64,000 nucleotides of DNA. It comes from Octopus vulgaris (Eukaryota). Below, one piece after another: positions 26,514 to 40,090 of the stretch (its first letter is position 1; every line of letters begins with the position of its first letter). The position numbers and the translations under genes were made by a program. Under the pieces are notes generated by a model. The model was given only the letters and a program-made list of their open reading frames with translations, was not told the origin of the DNA and did not search any database. The stretch spans positions 4,464,001 to 4,528,000 of the forward strand of contig OX597837.1 of the NCBI GenBank assembly GCA_951406725.2, written 5' to 3'.

Positions 26514-26830
26514 TCTCTATATATAAAACTGAAATGCGTTTTTACCGCTTGGTTCGCTTTCAATGCCACTACATCCCGTCCGATTCGCTCCAAAATTTAC
26601 ACGGACATGTAGAATGAGGTGACGATGCGCGTGGGCTACCTTAGAAATCCCTATCTTAAAAGCTGTGGTTTCTAGGGGCCATCTTCCTACCTCACCCTAT
26701 TTCCTCCAGTACTCTGTCACTCCTCTTCATTTATAACTTTTAGAATGCCACTACGGTTATTTAAAGTATCTGTCACTATCGCTATTTCCTTTCTTTTTCA
26801 CTGACTCTGTTTCCTACCTTCCTATCACTT
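26514..26830 (+). mobile_element. Probable Helitron 5' fragment
   Basis: A|TCTCTATATATAAAA start resembles the 5' ends of the adjacent Helitron; no 3' hairpin-CTAG seen. Confidence 0.45.
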
Positions 26831-26922
26831 CGGCGGCGTTCTTTGAAGTATATGTCTGTCACCAACAATCAACACACGAGCATGAGAACAAATATTATGA
26901 ATCAGATATTCTTGCGTTCATT

Positions 26923-26923
<1 letters not shown>

Positions 26924-26953
<30 letters not shown>

Positions 26954-27210
26954 TCTATATATATATATATGTATATATAATGTATGTGTGTGTGTGTGTT
27001 CTATATATAAATATGTATATATAATGTATGTGTGTGTGTGTGTTCTATATATAAATATGTATATATAATGTATGTGTGTGTGTGTGTTCTATATATAAAT
27101 ATGTATATATAATGTATGTGTGTGTGTGTGTGTGTTCTATATATAAATATGTATATATAATGTATGTGTGTGTGTGTGTTCTATATATAAATATGTATAT
27201 ATAATGTATA
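26924..27210. repeat. ~43-bp minisatellite, about 6 copies
   Basis: Unit (TG)nTTCTATATATAAATATGTATATATAATGTA. Confidence 0.9.
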
Positions 27211-27354
27211 TATACAAAGTGTATATATCTGTATTTATGTATATTAAACTTTTTCATACTTTTTCATAGTTATATTTTTAAACAAATTATAAATATAATT
27301 TCATTATTTTTATTTTCAATTTAAATAATTTAAAGTTTTCAATTTTATATTTTA

Positions 27355-28372
27355 CTAGAAGTATCGCCCGGCGTTGCTCGGGTTTGTAAGGAAAATAACT
27401 ATATAAGCATTTTTAGTGAGTTATAGCAAAAAAAATAGCAAAAAATGCATTAAAGATGGAATAAAAAATGATAGTTATTTCTTTTTTAAATCGTTGACTC
27501 ATCGTAGACATTTTTACAGAGTTACTTCCCTTATATAATAGCGAAAAATGCATTAAAATGGAATAAAAAAATGATGGTAATTTTTTTTTTAATCGTTGAC
27601 TCATCGTAGACATTTTTAGAGAGTTACTTCCCTTATATAATAGCGAAAAATGCATTAAAATGGAATAAAAAATTATGGTAAATTTTTTTTTAAATCGTAG
27701 ACTCATCGTAGACGCGCGCTAATACCCAGATGGGATCGATATGAATCACGACTATAAGATACCCGGTTTTGGTTACACTGCACCGCAAAATGTGGGAGTA
27801 GTTAGGAATCTAAATCGTAGGAGACAGACACACAACCTTACTTTTATATATAAAGATTTGTGCAACAACTAAAACATTCGGTTGTGCAAATTGTTTGCAC
27901 AGGAAACCTGCCCTGTGTGGCGGTTTTTGCCGTTTTTGTGGATCTGTTTCAGCTTTTTTAGCGATTTCTGTTTTGGCGACTTCAAGCCATGAAGTCGTTG
28001 TTCTAAAAGAACGCTGGTCTCCTTCACAACGCATTACGACGTTGATTTCCTTACACTCACTTCCCCACAGCTTCACGAGGGAGGGAAGAAGGGGGATAAG
28101 CAACACAGGTGCAGGCGTGAGCGTGGACGCCAACTCCGCCGCCATCGACACACGAAAAAATATGCATTAAAATGGAATAAAAAATGATGTTAAATTATTT
28201 TTAAAATCGTACACTCATCGTAGACGCGCGCTAATACCCAGACGGGCTCGATATGAATCACGACTATAAGATACCCGAATTTGGTTAAACTGCACCGCAA
28301 AATTTGGGAGTAGTTAGGAATCTAAATCGAAGGGGACAGACACTCACACAACTACAGTTTTATATATATAGA
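27355..28372 (-). mobile_element. Non-autonomous Helitron with two 5' ends and ~102-bp internal tandem repeats
   Basis: Minus-strand 3' end is hairpin CCCGAGC-AAC-GCCGGG then CTAG|T (27355). 5' ends A|TC at 27856 and 28372. GACTCATCGTAGAC recurs about every 102 bp. Confidence 0.85.
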
Positions 28373-28514
28373 TATATTTTCTATGTTATATTTTCTTTTT
28401 TTATGTTTTTGTTTTTGGTTTTTCACTGTTTGATTTGCCTATTAGTGGTTTTATCTCTAATTTAATTTATACAGATATATATCTCATTTGTATACATTTG
28501 TATATATAATGCGT

Positions 28515-28557
<43 letters not shown>

Positions 28558-29343
28558 CACATATATATATGTGTGCATTACGTAGTCGGTCGATTCACCT
28601 GAAAATATGCACACCTATGTTAAACGTGCTGACAAGTTTGCATCACAACTATTTTGTTCCTCAAATGAAAGGCGTCACCTCTAGGACAAAATTCCTCATC
28701 TTATAAAATGTGGCCCCAGTACACCCGAATGAAATCGGGTTATATTAACCAAAATGTGAAAAGGTGTCTAAATGGGGCTGGAAGGGGATTAAAATTTCAA
28801 AGAGCGGGTGTTTAGGAATTCTCTGTTGCATCAAGCTAAAAAATTTGCGCCAGCCTTTTAATCGTCAATGTGTTGCCGTCCATGATAAAGAAGTTTTGAA
28901 TGCTTGCCATGGTGAGTCTACTGTCGTGAGAAAGAATCACTTAACAAATTGGTGTTTACGAATTTTCTTTTACATCAAGTTCAAAATTTTACGCCAGCCG
29001 TTAAACTGTCACTACGTTGCTGTCCGTCGTTAACAAATGCCAGCCATGGTGACTCTACTATCCTTAGATTCTATCCCTTCAAACTTTGGTTTCCAATATT
29101 TTATTATTTTTATTCAGCTCGCAAGTTCGTCTGTCCCTTTTGAATGTTAGCGTTTTGCTGTCTGCCTTGAAGCAGACCTTTCCATTGCCACTGCCTCATA
29201 TTTCTGATTGATCTTTCTAAATATTTTATTTCAAAACTTACTCAAGATCTTCTGTTGTTTATAAATGGGAGAGAGTCAGAGAGAAAAGAAAAGTAAGAGA
29301 GTGGGAAAGTGAGAGAGAAAGGAGAGAGAAACAAATACGGAGA

Positions 29344-29655
29344 ATCATCATCATCATCATCGTTTAACGTCCGTTTTCCGTGCTAGCACGGGTTGGGCAG
29401 TGTGACCGGGGTCTCGGAAGCCAGGAGGCTGCACCAGGCTCCAGTCTGATCTGGCAGTGTTTCTACAGGTGGATGACCTTCCTAACGCCAACCACACTGT
29501 GAGTGTAGTGAGTGCTTTTTTCGTGCCGCCGGCACTGGTGCCAGGGGGGCTCGCAGTGGCAACGATCGGTTGGTGCTTTTTACGTGCCACCAGCACAGAA
29601 GCAAGTCAAGGCGGAGCTGCAATCGGCCACGTTCGGATGGTGCTTTTTACGTGCT
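29344..29655 (-). mobile_element. Short 3' fragment of the RTE family at 13163
   Basis: (ATC)n, CGTCCGTTTTCCGTGCTAGCA, CTTCCTAACGCCAACCAC and diverged 62-bp-unit homologues. Confidence 0.8.
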
Positions 29656-29747
29656 GAAAGGAAGGAACAGAAAGTAACACCCACACTCTTACCCGCGCGT
29701 AGAGCGGGTCACCTTCAGCTAGTATATATATATATATATATCATGTC

Positions 29748-29783
<36 letters not shown>

Positions 29784-30920
29784 TATAGTCTCCATATGAA
29801 AGCACTTAGTAGTGCTCAAATAATTCAAACTTAGACTCCGATGTCTTCACAGGATTATCAGTTCCACAGGGTAAAAGATGGCTACAAGAGGGATCAAGTT
29901 GAGCTGATAGAGAGGCAGTTATACGGATAAACAAATTAGATACGTTAAATATAATAGTTTCGGTATGAAATAAACCTATGTATATATATGCACACATGCC
30001 AAAGGGAGAGAGCAAAAAATTGAGACTTTCATGCGATGGATATTAAAGGATACTGATATAGATATTTATATTAATAGACAGAGAAAATTAAAGGAGTGGA
30101 GGAAGGGTGTTATAAGCCCAACAGCTGATTCTGAGGGCTCGAAGATCCGTCATAATGTTCGTAGCTGTAATTCAGTACAATATGCAGCTGATGGAAGCAA
30201 TCAACATTGGATAAGACGAGCCTCCGCATTTAGAGTAGAAAAGAATCTGTCATTTCAAATATTAATGAATTAAATACTCAAAGTCTTATATGTAATATAC
30301 CTAATTTGTTTATCTATATAATTGTCTATATACATATGTGTGTGTATACATAAATATATATACGTACATATATACATACAAATATACATACATATAAACA
30401 TACATATATGCATATACATATATACATACATATATTCATAAATACATACATACATACATATATGCTGGCTCCTGTCAAACTGTCCACGGTAGCATATATG
30501 TGTATAGATGTATATATATATATATATATGTATGCATATATGTGTATATATATATATATATATATACATATATGCATACATATATATATACATATATACA
30601 TACATATATACATGCATACATACATATATACATACAAATATACATATATATGCTACCGTGGGTTGGACAGGTTGACAGGAGCCAGCAAGTCGCAGAACTG
30701 CACAAGGCACCCATTGTCTGTTTTGGCATGAATTTTGCTGCTGGACGCCCTACCCTAACGCCAACAGCCTTGCTGAGGGTACTGATTGATGATTTTTTCT
30801 TTACCTGGCACCACTACCAGTGCTTTATATGAGGCACCATCACATAAATTAAATAATTATTGTGCGTTTCAAGATAATTTCAGGATCTTCAACAAAATAT
30901 GGAGTAGTGCTGTCTTCTGT

Positions 30921-31150
30921 ACTGAGGGCATCATTCGTTTATGCAGACATTAGCACTATAATATGGCCGTTAGATATACATGTTTCAAACGCGCAGTTTA
31001 GTTGTTAGATTCACGCGTCATTCAGTCACGTGCTTAGCTTGTTTCAAACATGTGTATATTCGTATGAATTTTTTATATTTACTCACATCTCCTCTAAAAA
31101 ATTGTACGTCAAAAATTAATTTGTTAGACTTCAGAAAAATATAATATGTA
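30921..31150. repeat. ~230-bp direct repeat, copy 1
   Basis: Near-identical to 32171-32400 (offset 1250). Confidence 0.9.
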
Positions 31151-31208
31151 TATGTATATGTATATGCATATGTATACGTATATGTATATGTATACGTATA
31201 TGTATATG

Positions 31209-31269
<61 letters not shown>

Positions 31270-31339
31270 ATATACATATACATACATACATATATATATA
31301 TAAACACATATACATAGATACACACACATATATATATAC

Positions 31340-31391
<52 letters not shown>

Positions 31392-32112
31392 AGATACTGT
31401 ATATTCATAAACAAGCGTATGTATGTGAGAATATATATTTAATTAAACACATGGAAGCACGCTCGCACACATACCTAAATATATAATATGTATGCATATA
31501 TATATATATATATATATATTTGTACAAGTAAAAATACATAGACATACATGCACACTTCTGAATAATGCGCTTGTACATGTGTACAAGTGCAGGTGTGTGT
31601 ATTTTAAAGAGTGTGTGGGTGTAGTAATGTCGTTACATTTGTAGTTTCCACTACCTGAACTAATTACTTTGAATTTTCACAAATTATTTCGATGCCTTGT
31701 ATTTAATCAGAGTTAATGAATTAGAATTAGAAGTGTGTAAAAGGTGAATATAATTCAAAGTACAATCAGAAGAAGAAAACAAGGAGTAGAAAAATGACAA
31801 ATTTTGAAGAATACAGAAGAAGAAAAAAAGAAGAAAATCATAGTGAAATAGATAACCGGTGAATAAAAGTGACAGTGAGAAATTTCAGTGCTTTCTCTCA
31901 TTCGCCATATTGGAATTTAGTGAAAAAATTTTAAGAAAAAAGAAGCAAAAATCTTTTATGGTAAGAAACAATGCTGGATTCGGATCAAGAATGTTTGGTA
32001 AAAACAATTGTTTGAAAAAAAATATTTTATGTCAACAAATGCATATATGGATGTATGGATGTAAATATACATACACAAGTATATATATGTATAAGTATAT
32101 ACAAGTGTGTGC

Positions 32113-32170
<58 letters not shown>

Positions 32171-32172
<2 letters not shown>

Positions 32173-32400
32173 TGAGGGCATCATTTGTTTATGCAGACAT
32201 TAGCACTATAATATGGCCGTTAGATATACATGTTTCAAACGCGCAGTTTAGTTGTTAGATTCACGCATCATTCAGTCACGTGCTTAGCTTGTTTCAAACA
32301 TGTGTATATTCGTATGAATTTTTTATATTTACTCACATCTCCTCTAAAAAATTGGACGCCAAAAATTAATTTGTTAGACTTCAAAAAATATAATATATGT
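32171..32400. repeat. ~230-bp direct repeat, copy 2
   Basis: Near-identical to 30921-31150. Confidence 0.9.
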
Positions 32401-32407
32401 ATGTATA

Positions 32408-32615
32408 AACAATTGAGGGTAAAATTAATTAATTAATCAATTTCACCAAGTGTTCAGTATGTAAAAGGACCATTTAAGGCGAATTCAAAATATTACATTA
32501 TATAATTAGGGCTTAGTAAAATAAATTACTTTGCCACATACTGAACTTAGTAGAAATAGCAGCCCCCAAAAATTTTTTTCTTAGCATTTCTACTACTTAA
32601 AGAAAATTTCTCTCA
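32408..32615. mobile_element. Short dispersed element; rearranged inverted copy at 34527-34772
   Basis: Shared GGGCTTAGTAAAATAAATTACTTTGCCACATACTGAAC and CAATTGAGGGTAAAATTAATT. Confidence 0.75.
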
Positions 32616-32684
32616 GATAATGTTTACTCCAGACAGTTCACGAAGGTTTGGGGGTAAATACAGAAAAATATCACAAGTAAATAG

Positions 32685-32783
<99 letters not shown>

Positions 32784-32847
32784 CATATATACATGCATAC
32801 ATACGTACATGTATATTATAATAAATATATATTACGTAGAACAGACG

Positions 32848-32905
<58 letters not shown>

Positions 32906-32915
32906 AGGTATTTTG

Positions 32916-33081
32916 TATAAGCTTGAAACCTTATGGTGATCACCGTGCAATGACTAAGGAAAATAGTCTAATGAAGGGGCATATAACCCCTCGACAGAAA
33001 AAAAAGAAGGCTTATATGCCCCTTTATTTAACTATTTTCCTTAGTCATTGCACAGTGATAGCCATAAGCTTTAAGCTTATA
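32916..33081. mobile_element. Fold-back element containing the 5' half of a hammerhead-like motif
   Basis: Arms ~70 bp; CTAATGA AGGGG CATATAA CCCCT CGA at 32968-32994, next to the palindrome centre. Confidence 0.7.
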
Positions 33082-33428
33082 TATAAATTCCGTTCTTATT
33101 TAGAGGATTGTAAAATCGGTGCCGTATAAAAACCCGTTCGCACAGAAAACATATATATATTGGTAATTAATAATGGATTTCTCAAAAGGATTACCAGTCC
33201 GCTCACAGTTACGTATCCAAGATAGGTTATTCAGCAGTTGGTACACAACGGTTAGTATATTCATATTAGATAAGAATTCAGAGATATATTCCGTTGGATT
33301 AATCCAAATATATCATTTTTAACTATATAGGTTTCCTGGAGTATTTGATATAGATAATAATAATAATGATGATGATGATGATGATGTTGATGATGATGAT
33401 GATGATGATAATAATAATAACAATAATG

Positions 33429-33482
<54 letters not shown>

Positions 33483-33498
33483 TTTTTTAATTTTTTTT

Positions 33499-33664
33499 TT
33501 ACTACCCACAAAGGGCTAAACATAGAGGGGACAAACAAGTACAGACAAACGGATTAAGTCGATTATATCGACCCCAGTGCGTAACTGGTACTTATTTAAT
33601 CGACCCCGAAAGAATGAAAGGCAAAGTCGACCTCGGCGGAATTTGAACTCAGAACGTAACGGCA
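33499..33664 (-). mobile_element. SINE family B, 5'-truncated
   Basis: Reverse complement of the family B body. Confidence 0.85.
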
Positions 33665-33691
33665 ATAATAGCAATAATAATAGTAACAACA

Positions 33692-34180
33692 ACAGACTTC
33701 AGACAAAGGACATGCCTCCTCATTAATATAACTGTCCCAATCGATATAAACGTATCTGTTAAGACCTACCAAAAACTGAGCAAATATAAAGAGCTTGAAA
33801 TAGAAATCAGCAAAATGTGGAACATGAAGACTAAAGCAATACCTGTTGTCATAGGTGCCCTGGGAATGATAGCGAAAGGGGCTGATTGCTACCTAACTCA
33901 GATACCAGGAAACCCAAAAATGGCAGAAATTCAAAAGATAGTGCTCATAGGAACTGCTCATATCCTACGCAAAATACTCTCTATGTAATCTCAAGGTTTA
34001 AAACAAACAATTTTTTAAAAAAATTATTTATTAGACATTCACTAGTACAACACCAAAAAAACCCCCGAATATATGGCACACTAGGCATAACAACAATGTG
34101 AACTTCCAGCCTGTTGTCTCTTGAGGTCTCTGGGTGAGACTTGGAGCCAACTTGTACAAGCATAAAGCAAAATTCAAACA

Positions 34181-34182
<2 letters not shown>
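33692..34182 (+). pseudogene. 3' end of an R4/Dong-type non-LTR element (restriction-like endonuclease domain and 3'UTR) ending in (TAA)n
   Basis: 33695-33988: DFRQRTCLLINITVPIDINVSVKTYQKLSKYKELEIEISKMWNMKTKAIPVVIGALG...IQKIVLIGTAHILRKIL*. Confidence 0.85.
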
Positions 34183-34256
<74 letters not shown>

Positions 34257-34382
34257 GTAATAGTAATAATAATGAGGAGTATGAAGAATTAGCATAAGCA
34301 TTACCTTTATATATATATTGCCTGGTTTAAAAAGCCACATAAGATGCCATGTTGAGCGTACTCTTGATTAAGCTGCGACTCT

Positions 34383-34467
<85 letters not shown>

Positions 34468-34478
34468 GTATATATATA

Positions 34479-34526
<48 letters not shown>

Positions 34527-34530
<4 letters not shown>

Positions 34531-34772
34531 GGCTTAGTAAAATAAATTACTTTGCCACATACTGAACTCATTAGAAATAGTAGCTAAAAAAACTTTTTTT
34601 AAACTATTTCTAATACTTAAAGAAAATCTCTCTCATATATGTGGCAAAGTAATTTATTTTACTAAGCCCTTTTATATAATGTAATAATTTGAATTCGCCT
34701 TAAATGGTCCCTTTGCATACTGAATACTTGGTGAAATTGATTAATAATTAATTAATTTTACCCTCAATTGTT
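34527..34772. mobile_element. Partly fold-back copy of the 32408 element
   Basis: ~34527-34561 is inverted at ~34638-34672; (TA)n on both sides. Confidence 0.75.
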
Positions 34773-35732
34773 GGAATATATATATATATATATATATGAG
34801 CATATAAAGATGCCCAATAGCCCCAAAGAAGCAGAACAGCATGAATTTCGGATAGGAGTTACCTCTCTTGATTAACACTAACAAAGGATATCGGGGTCGG
34901 ACGGACCACATCCTGTTTACTCTTATCACATCTCAGTCACGCCATTTATTTTTCATCTACCCATTTTCTATGAAATATGCATTCATGAAAAACTGAAGCA
35001 AATGAAATAAAACGTTGATAACATTACTTTGGAAACCTACGATATAGCTAAATTAAATAATGAATCTCATCGCCCATTACATAAGAAATATTACACTCGA
35101 TATTAGATACGACATCTAATATATCGCTACACAGACTTCGAATTTATATATTTCATATTAGTGTACGTTATACATATATTATATCAGTCGTTATTCATTA
35201 TGAAATCACATCATATATTATGTATTATATATTATAAATGGTTTCGCACATCGTATATTAAACCGAAAATTGTGAATAGCAATCCCAGACAGATAAATCG
35301 AGCTGATTAATGGCGTGAGTGTTACATTCACGCTTCTAGCACAACTTAATGCTTTAATGTCTAGATTCGCTGCTGCACAATTGATTTATACATACACACG
35401 CATACCTACACACGCAAAGACAAATAATGACGAATGTAGAAGATATATATATATATATATATTATACTGAGAGAGAAAGAGAGAAAGAAGAGTGGGAAAG
35501 AGACAGAGTGAAGAGAGAGAGAGAGGGAGAAAATGTGGAGATGTGGCTGTGTGGTAAGAAGTCTGCTTCCCAACCACATGGTCCTGGATTCAGTCCCAAT
35601 GTCTAGAGGCTTGGGCAAGTATTTTCTACTATAGCCTCGGGTCCACCAAAGCCTTGTCTGGATTTGGTAAAGCAGAAATTAAATAGTTTGTTCTAAATAC
35701 ACATACACGCACACGCATATATGTATACGTAT

Positions 35733-35817
<85 letters not shown>

Positions 35818-35819
<2 letters not shown>

Positions 35820-36223
35820 CGCAGGAGTGGCTGTGTGGTAAGCAGCTTGCTAACCAACCACATGGTTCCGGGTTCAGTCCCACTGCGTGGCATCTTGGGC
35901 AAGTGTCTTCTGCTATAGCCCCGGGCCAACCAATGCCTTGTGAGTGGATTTGGTAGACGGAAACTGAAAGAAGCCTGTTGTATATATGTATATATGTATA
36001 TATGTATGTGTGTGTTTGTGTGTCTGTGTTTGTCCCCCTAGCATTGCTTGACAACCGATGCTGGTGTGTTTACATCCCCGTTACTTAGCGGTTCGGCAAA
36101 AGAGACCGATAGAATAAGTACTGGGCTGACAAAGAGTAAGTCTCGGGGTCGATTTGCTCGACTAAAGGCGGTGCTCCAGCATGGTCGCAGTCAAATGACT
36201 GAAACAAGTAAAAGAGTAAAAGA
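35818..36223 (+). mobile_element. SINE family A, full length (degenerate fragments at ~35541-35670 and ~36270-36470)
   Basis: Complete head, body and tail. Confidence 0.93.
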
Positions 36224-37016
36224 GAATATATATGCATACACATATATACATAATACATACATATGTATATGTCTCTTCATATTTGTTTCTCCATCGCCTG
36301 TCGGCGTGTCAAATTCTCCGCAACTTAGCTGTTCAGCAAAAGTATGTGCTACAATATGATTAAGGACAAAAAACATATATATTAAGTTCTGGTGTCGATT
36401 CGGTCGAGCAAAATTCATGAAGATTGTGCCCCAGTATGGCCGCAGTCTCATCCTTGAAACAAATAAAAGATATAAGTTAGAAGATATTTATAAACTCCGT
36501 ATATTAATTGGATGTTAATCTCATTGTGTTACCGTTTATAAACTGGTTGAGTATTCCGCAGTCACAGGATACATGAACGTAATCTTCAGCGTAACGCACG
36601 GTGATAAGGAGGGATCTTTGAATTACAGAGATCAACCAAAACGCTGCCCTGTCGCCAAGATAATTTCCCTCTGAAGACATAGGTCACCCGGAGAGTACGG
36701 GAAAAGCTACTACCTCGTAACTGCATAGCTATCTTGTCATCACTTCCGGGATTATAAGAATATATGTACATACATAAATACATGCATGCATTATTATTGA
36801 ATGAGAGAGCAGCACATGACATGAAATTGACGTTGGGGTACTAATAAACGAAGTCCATACCCATCGTGATTCCCATCATGACTACCCGTCTGATAAGGGT
36901 GCACCAGGCATATACATTACAAACATACGTGCGCGACATGGTGGCTTCATGTCAAAATAAACAGCGCATATGTAGGTATTTATGTGCATGTATAAAGCAT
37001 ACACTTGATAGCCTTC

Positions 37017-37100
37017 GTTGTCTTACAGCTGTTTCACATTAGTGAACAGTAATCGCGGAGCTGAGTGCCAATGAAATATCACATGGCTTCATCAGAGCAA
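37017..37100 (-). ncRNA. Hammerhead-like motif with weak or disrupted stem II
   Basis: Minus: TTGCT CTGATGA AGCCA...ATGT GAA ACAGCTGT A AGACAA. Confidence 0.5.
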
Positions 37101-37489
37101 ATTACATGTATACACACGTCGCATGCGACACGTACACATCTGTAAGCCAACGAATAAATAATTGTCATTACATATTTCCTTCGTTATAGTAAATTCAACT
37201 TACAACAGTTTCCGATAATCGTTACGCATACTCAATCAGTCCGTTGATCGGTTGAAAAAAAAATGAACAGTTTTAAAGCATTAACGCCATCCTCATCAGA
37301 GTTTATGGCATTTGCGTGAATACAAAAAAAAAATATTGATAAATAGACGATGCAGGCTTGCGAAGTGGAGCGAAAAGGAGCGAAAAGGAGCAATATGTTT
37401 TAAGGTGAGTGGAAGAGAGATAAATAGAAAAAACGAAAAAAAAAGCTGTGATGAATTTGAAGAGAAAAAGTAAAGGGAAGATAAAGACA

Positions 37490-37660
37490 GGCGCAGGAGT
37501 GGCTGTGTGGTAAGTAGCTTGCTTACCAACCACATGGATCCGGGTTCAGTCCCACTGCGTGGCATCTTGGGCAAGTGTCTTCTGCTATAGCCCCGGGCCG
37601 ACCAATGCCTTGTGAGTGGATTTGGTAGACGGAAACTGAAAGAAGCCTGTCGTATATATT

Positions 37661-37693
<33 letters not shown>

Positions 37694-37916
37694 ATATGTT
37701 TGTGTGTCTGTGTTTGTCCCCCTAGCATTGCTTGACAACCGATGCTGGTATGTTTACGTCCCCGTTACTTAGCGGTTCGTCAAAAGAGACCGATAGAATA
37801 AGTACTGGGCTTACAAAGAATAAGTCCCGGGGTCGAATTGCTCGACTAAAGGCGGTGCTCCAGCATGGCCGCAGTCAAATGACTGAATCAAGTAAAAGAG
37901 TAAAAGAGTAAGAGTA
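37490..37916 (+). mobile_element. SINE family A, full length
   Basis: Complete head, body and tail. Confidence 0.93.
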
Positions 37917-38429
37917 CAGAAAGAAAGAGACATAGGAAGAGAAAGAATAGAGGAGGGGTGGCACAGGATGGAAGAACGAAGACAGGAATGACTATTTGAT
38001 TGCCAGAAATCAGAAAGATGATAGTAATAAAAAACGTTAATAGCTCTAGTGTGTGTAATTATGTTATCACACTCAAAAACATTTACATTGTCTTCAGGTG
38101 AAATACTATCCGGATGGTGTATTGAAATTTGATATTGGACATTTATTCCCATGGCCAGCTTAAATCTTTGATATTGGGCTATTATTATTTTCAAACATTG
38201 GGAGTAACGTATTAGAAGAAGAAAAGAATGAAGCTTTAATGGAATGGCGATTCGGTAGTAACAATTTCATTATGGGAAGGTAGGGACAGCCATAACGAAA
38301 GTCGATAGCAGACAGAGGGAAAATATTAGGTTACAAATAAGAAATTAAAAAATATAAACAAAATCAATCCATAAATAAAAGAAAATAAGAATAAAATCAT
38401 AATAAAAAATGTATCGTATAACTTGCATT

Positions 38430-39325
38430 TACACTTTTTTTTAGTCACAGACACGTAAATAATTGATTTCGACCAGATTTCTGATGCTAATTTTAGCTCT
38501 GATATCTAAATTTCTCTATCACGTCCAGGTTTTGTGTGACCGAAAACCCCTATTTTTTCATTTTTCGTACCCCACTCGTTTCTATTACGGAAGCCGTCTA
38601 ATCTACTTTTCCGTGCCACGTTTTATGTTAAACATACTTAAATAATTAGTGAGCACGGATGAAGATTTTTCATTGCCTTCGTGCAGGTAGAGGAAGGGAG
38701 TAAAAAAAATATAATTTTAGCAGAGGAGGGATGTTCTGATGGTGAGGTTAAAGAAAGCCCAGCTTTACTAGTCAATGAACAGTCGCCATGCTCTTTGGAT
38801 CATGCCGAAGGCCAATGCTTTCCATCAGGCCACTGATATCGTGGCAGAAACAAACGTTCTCCTCTTAAAAGTAAAATGATTAAAACTTTAAATGCCGATG
38901 GCAGAAATGGGAAACTTTGGCGTTTGGATGAACAAAATTCCTTTCTAAGTCTAGAACCAAGAAAGTCTGTCTCTTCCTTTGGTAATTCCAAATCGCGCAT
39001 TACGTCATTTAACTCCGCTTGACTCAACGAATGTGGGGAACAAGTTGCATCCGGAACATATACGCCATCTTTCATTATTTCTATATCTCTAGCGGAATCT
39101 TCAGATGAACTGCTGTCTATTTTCGTTGCTGGTGGAACATGTGGCGGATTTGTTTCATCATGTGGTACTGGTTTTATTGCTGACTCGCAGTTTGGGTACA
39201 GGATTTTTTATTTGGTTTTCTTTGTGAAACCAGCAATCTTTTTTTAAACAAAATTAACAAGCATTAAAGTATTTTTTCGGCTTACGCCAAACCATGAGGG
39301 CTGAGAACGGCATGGCTTTACTTTT
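38430..39325 (-). pseudogene. Decayed DNA transposon, Chapaev3-like (CMC) transposase N-terminal half
   Basis: [13 protein letters not shown]...C*FC...GFTKK...YPNCESAIKPVPH...PHSLSQAELNDVMRDLELPKEETDFLGSRL...WRLFID. Family label is from recalled motifs. Confidence 0.72.
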
Positions 39326-39379
39326 AGCATTCATCCAGGCTTTATTTATACATACATATATATATATATATTTATATAC

Positions 39380-39416
<37 letters not shown>

Positions 39417-39770
39417 TATATACATGCACATATATATATATATATATATATAAATACCTACATATACATAAATACCTAAATACATATATGCACACATATA
39501 TACATATATGCATATATACATATATGCATATACATGTATATATTTACGCGCATAAAAACATACATACCTTACTTATATATACATGCATATATATATACGT
39601 AAACAAAGTCAAATGCGATACAATAAAATTAATTATTATCGCCGGTGTTCTAGCACACGCCATATATTATTCATATATAAGTACATTAAAAGGCGAAGTG
39701 TGTACTAGATACACAAAAGCTGGATAAATTTAATGAGATGAAAATTAAAAACATTTACAAACTTAGTTCT

Positions 39771-39843
39771 TCTTATACTGCAGTTTCGCCTATTTCAGCA
39801 ATAAAAATAATATTTATTTACTCAGGTAGGCTCTTCAGTAAGA
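39771..39843 (-). ncRNA. Intact minimal type-I hammerhead ribozyme motif
   Basis: Minus: TCTTA CTGAAGA GCCTA...TAGGC GAA ACTGCAGT A TAAGA. Stems I and II are 5 bp each, the core is canonical, stem III is palindromic, and the site is GUA. Confidence 0.85.
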
Positions 39844-39965
39844 TTCCTGTTATTATGGGAAGCGCACATCAATAGAGGCACGTGCGTCTATTAAATTGAT
39901 CTTTCGCCTACATATACATACATACCTAAATACATATATGTACACATATATACATATATATATGC

Positions 39966-40021
<56 letters not shown>

Positions 40022-40090
40022 TATACATATTTATATATGTATGTATATGTATACACACACACACAAATATATATATATATACACACACAG

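Noticed and set aside
28580-29100. Diverged ~145-bp direct repeat, possibly a transposon subterminal region
   Set aside because: Ends and class could not be defined.
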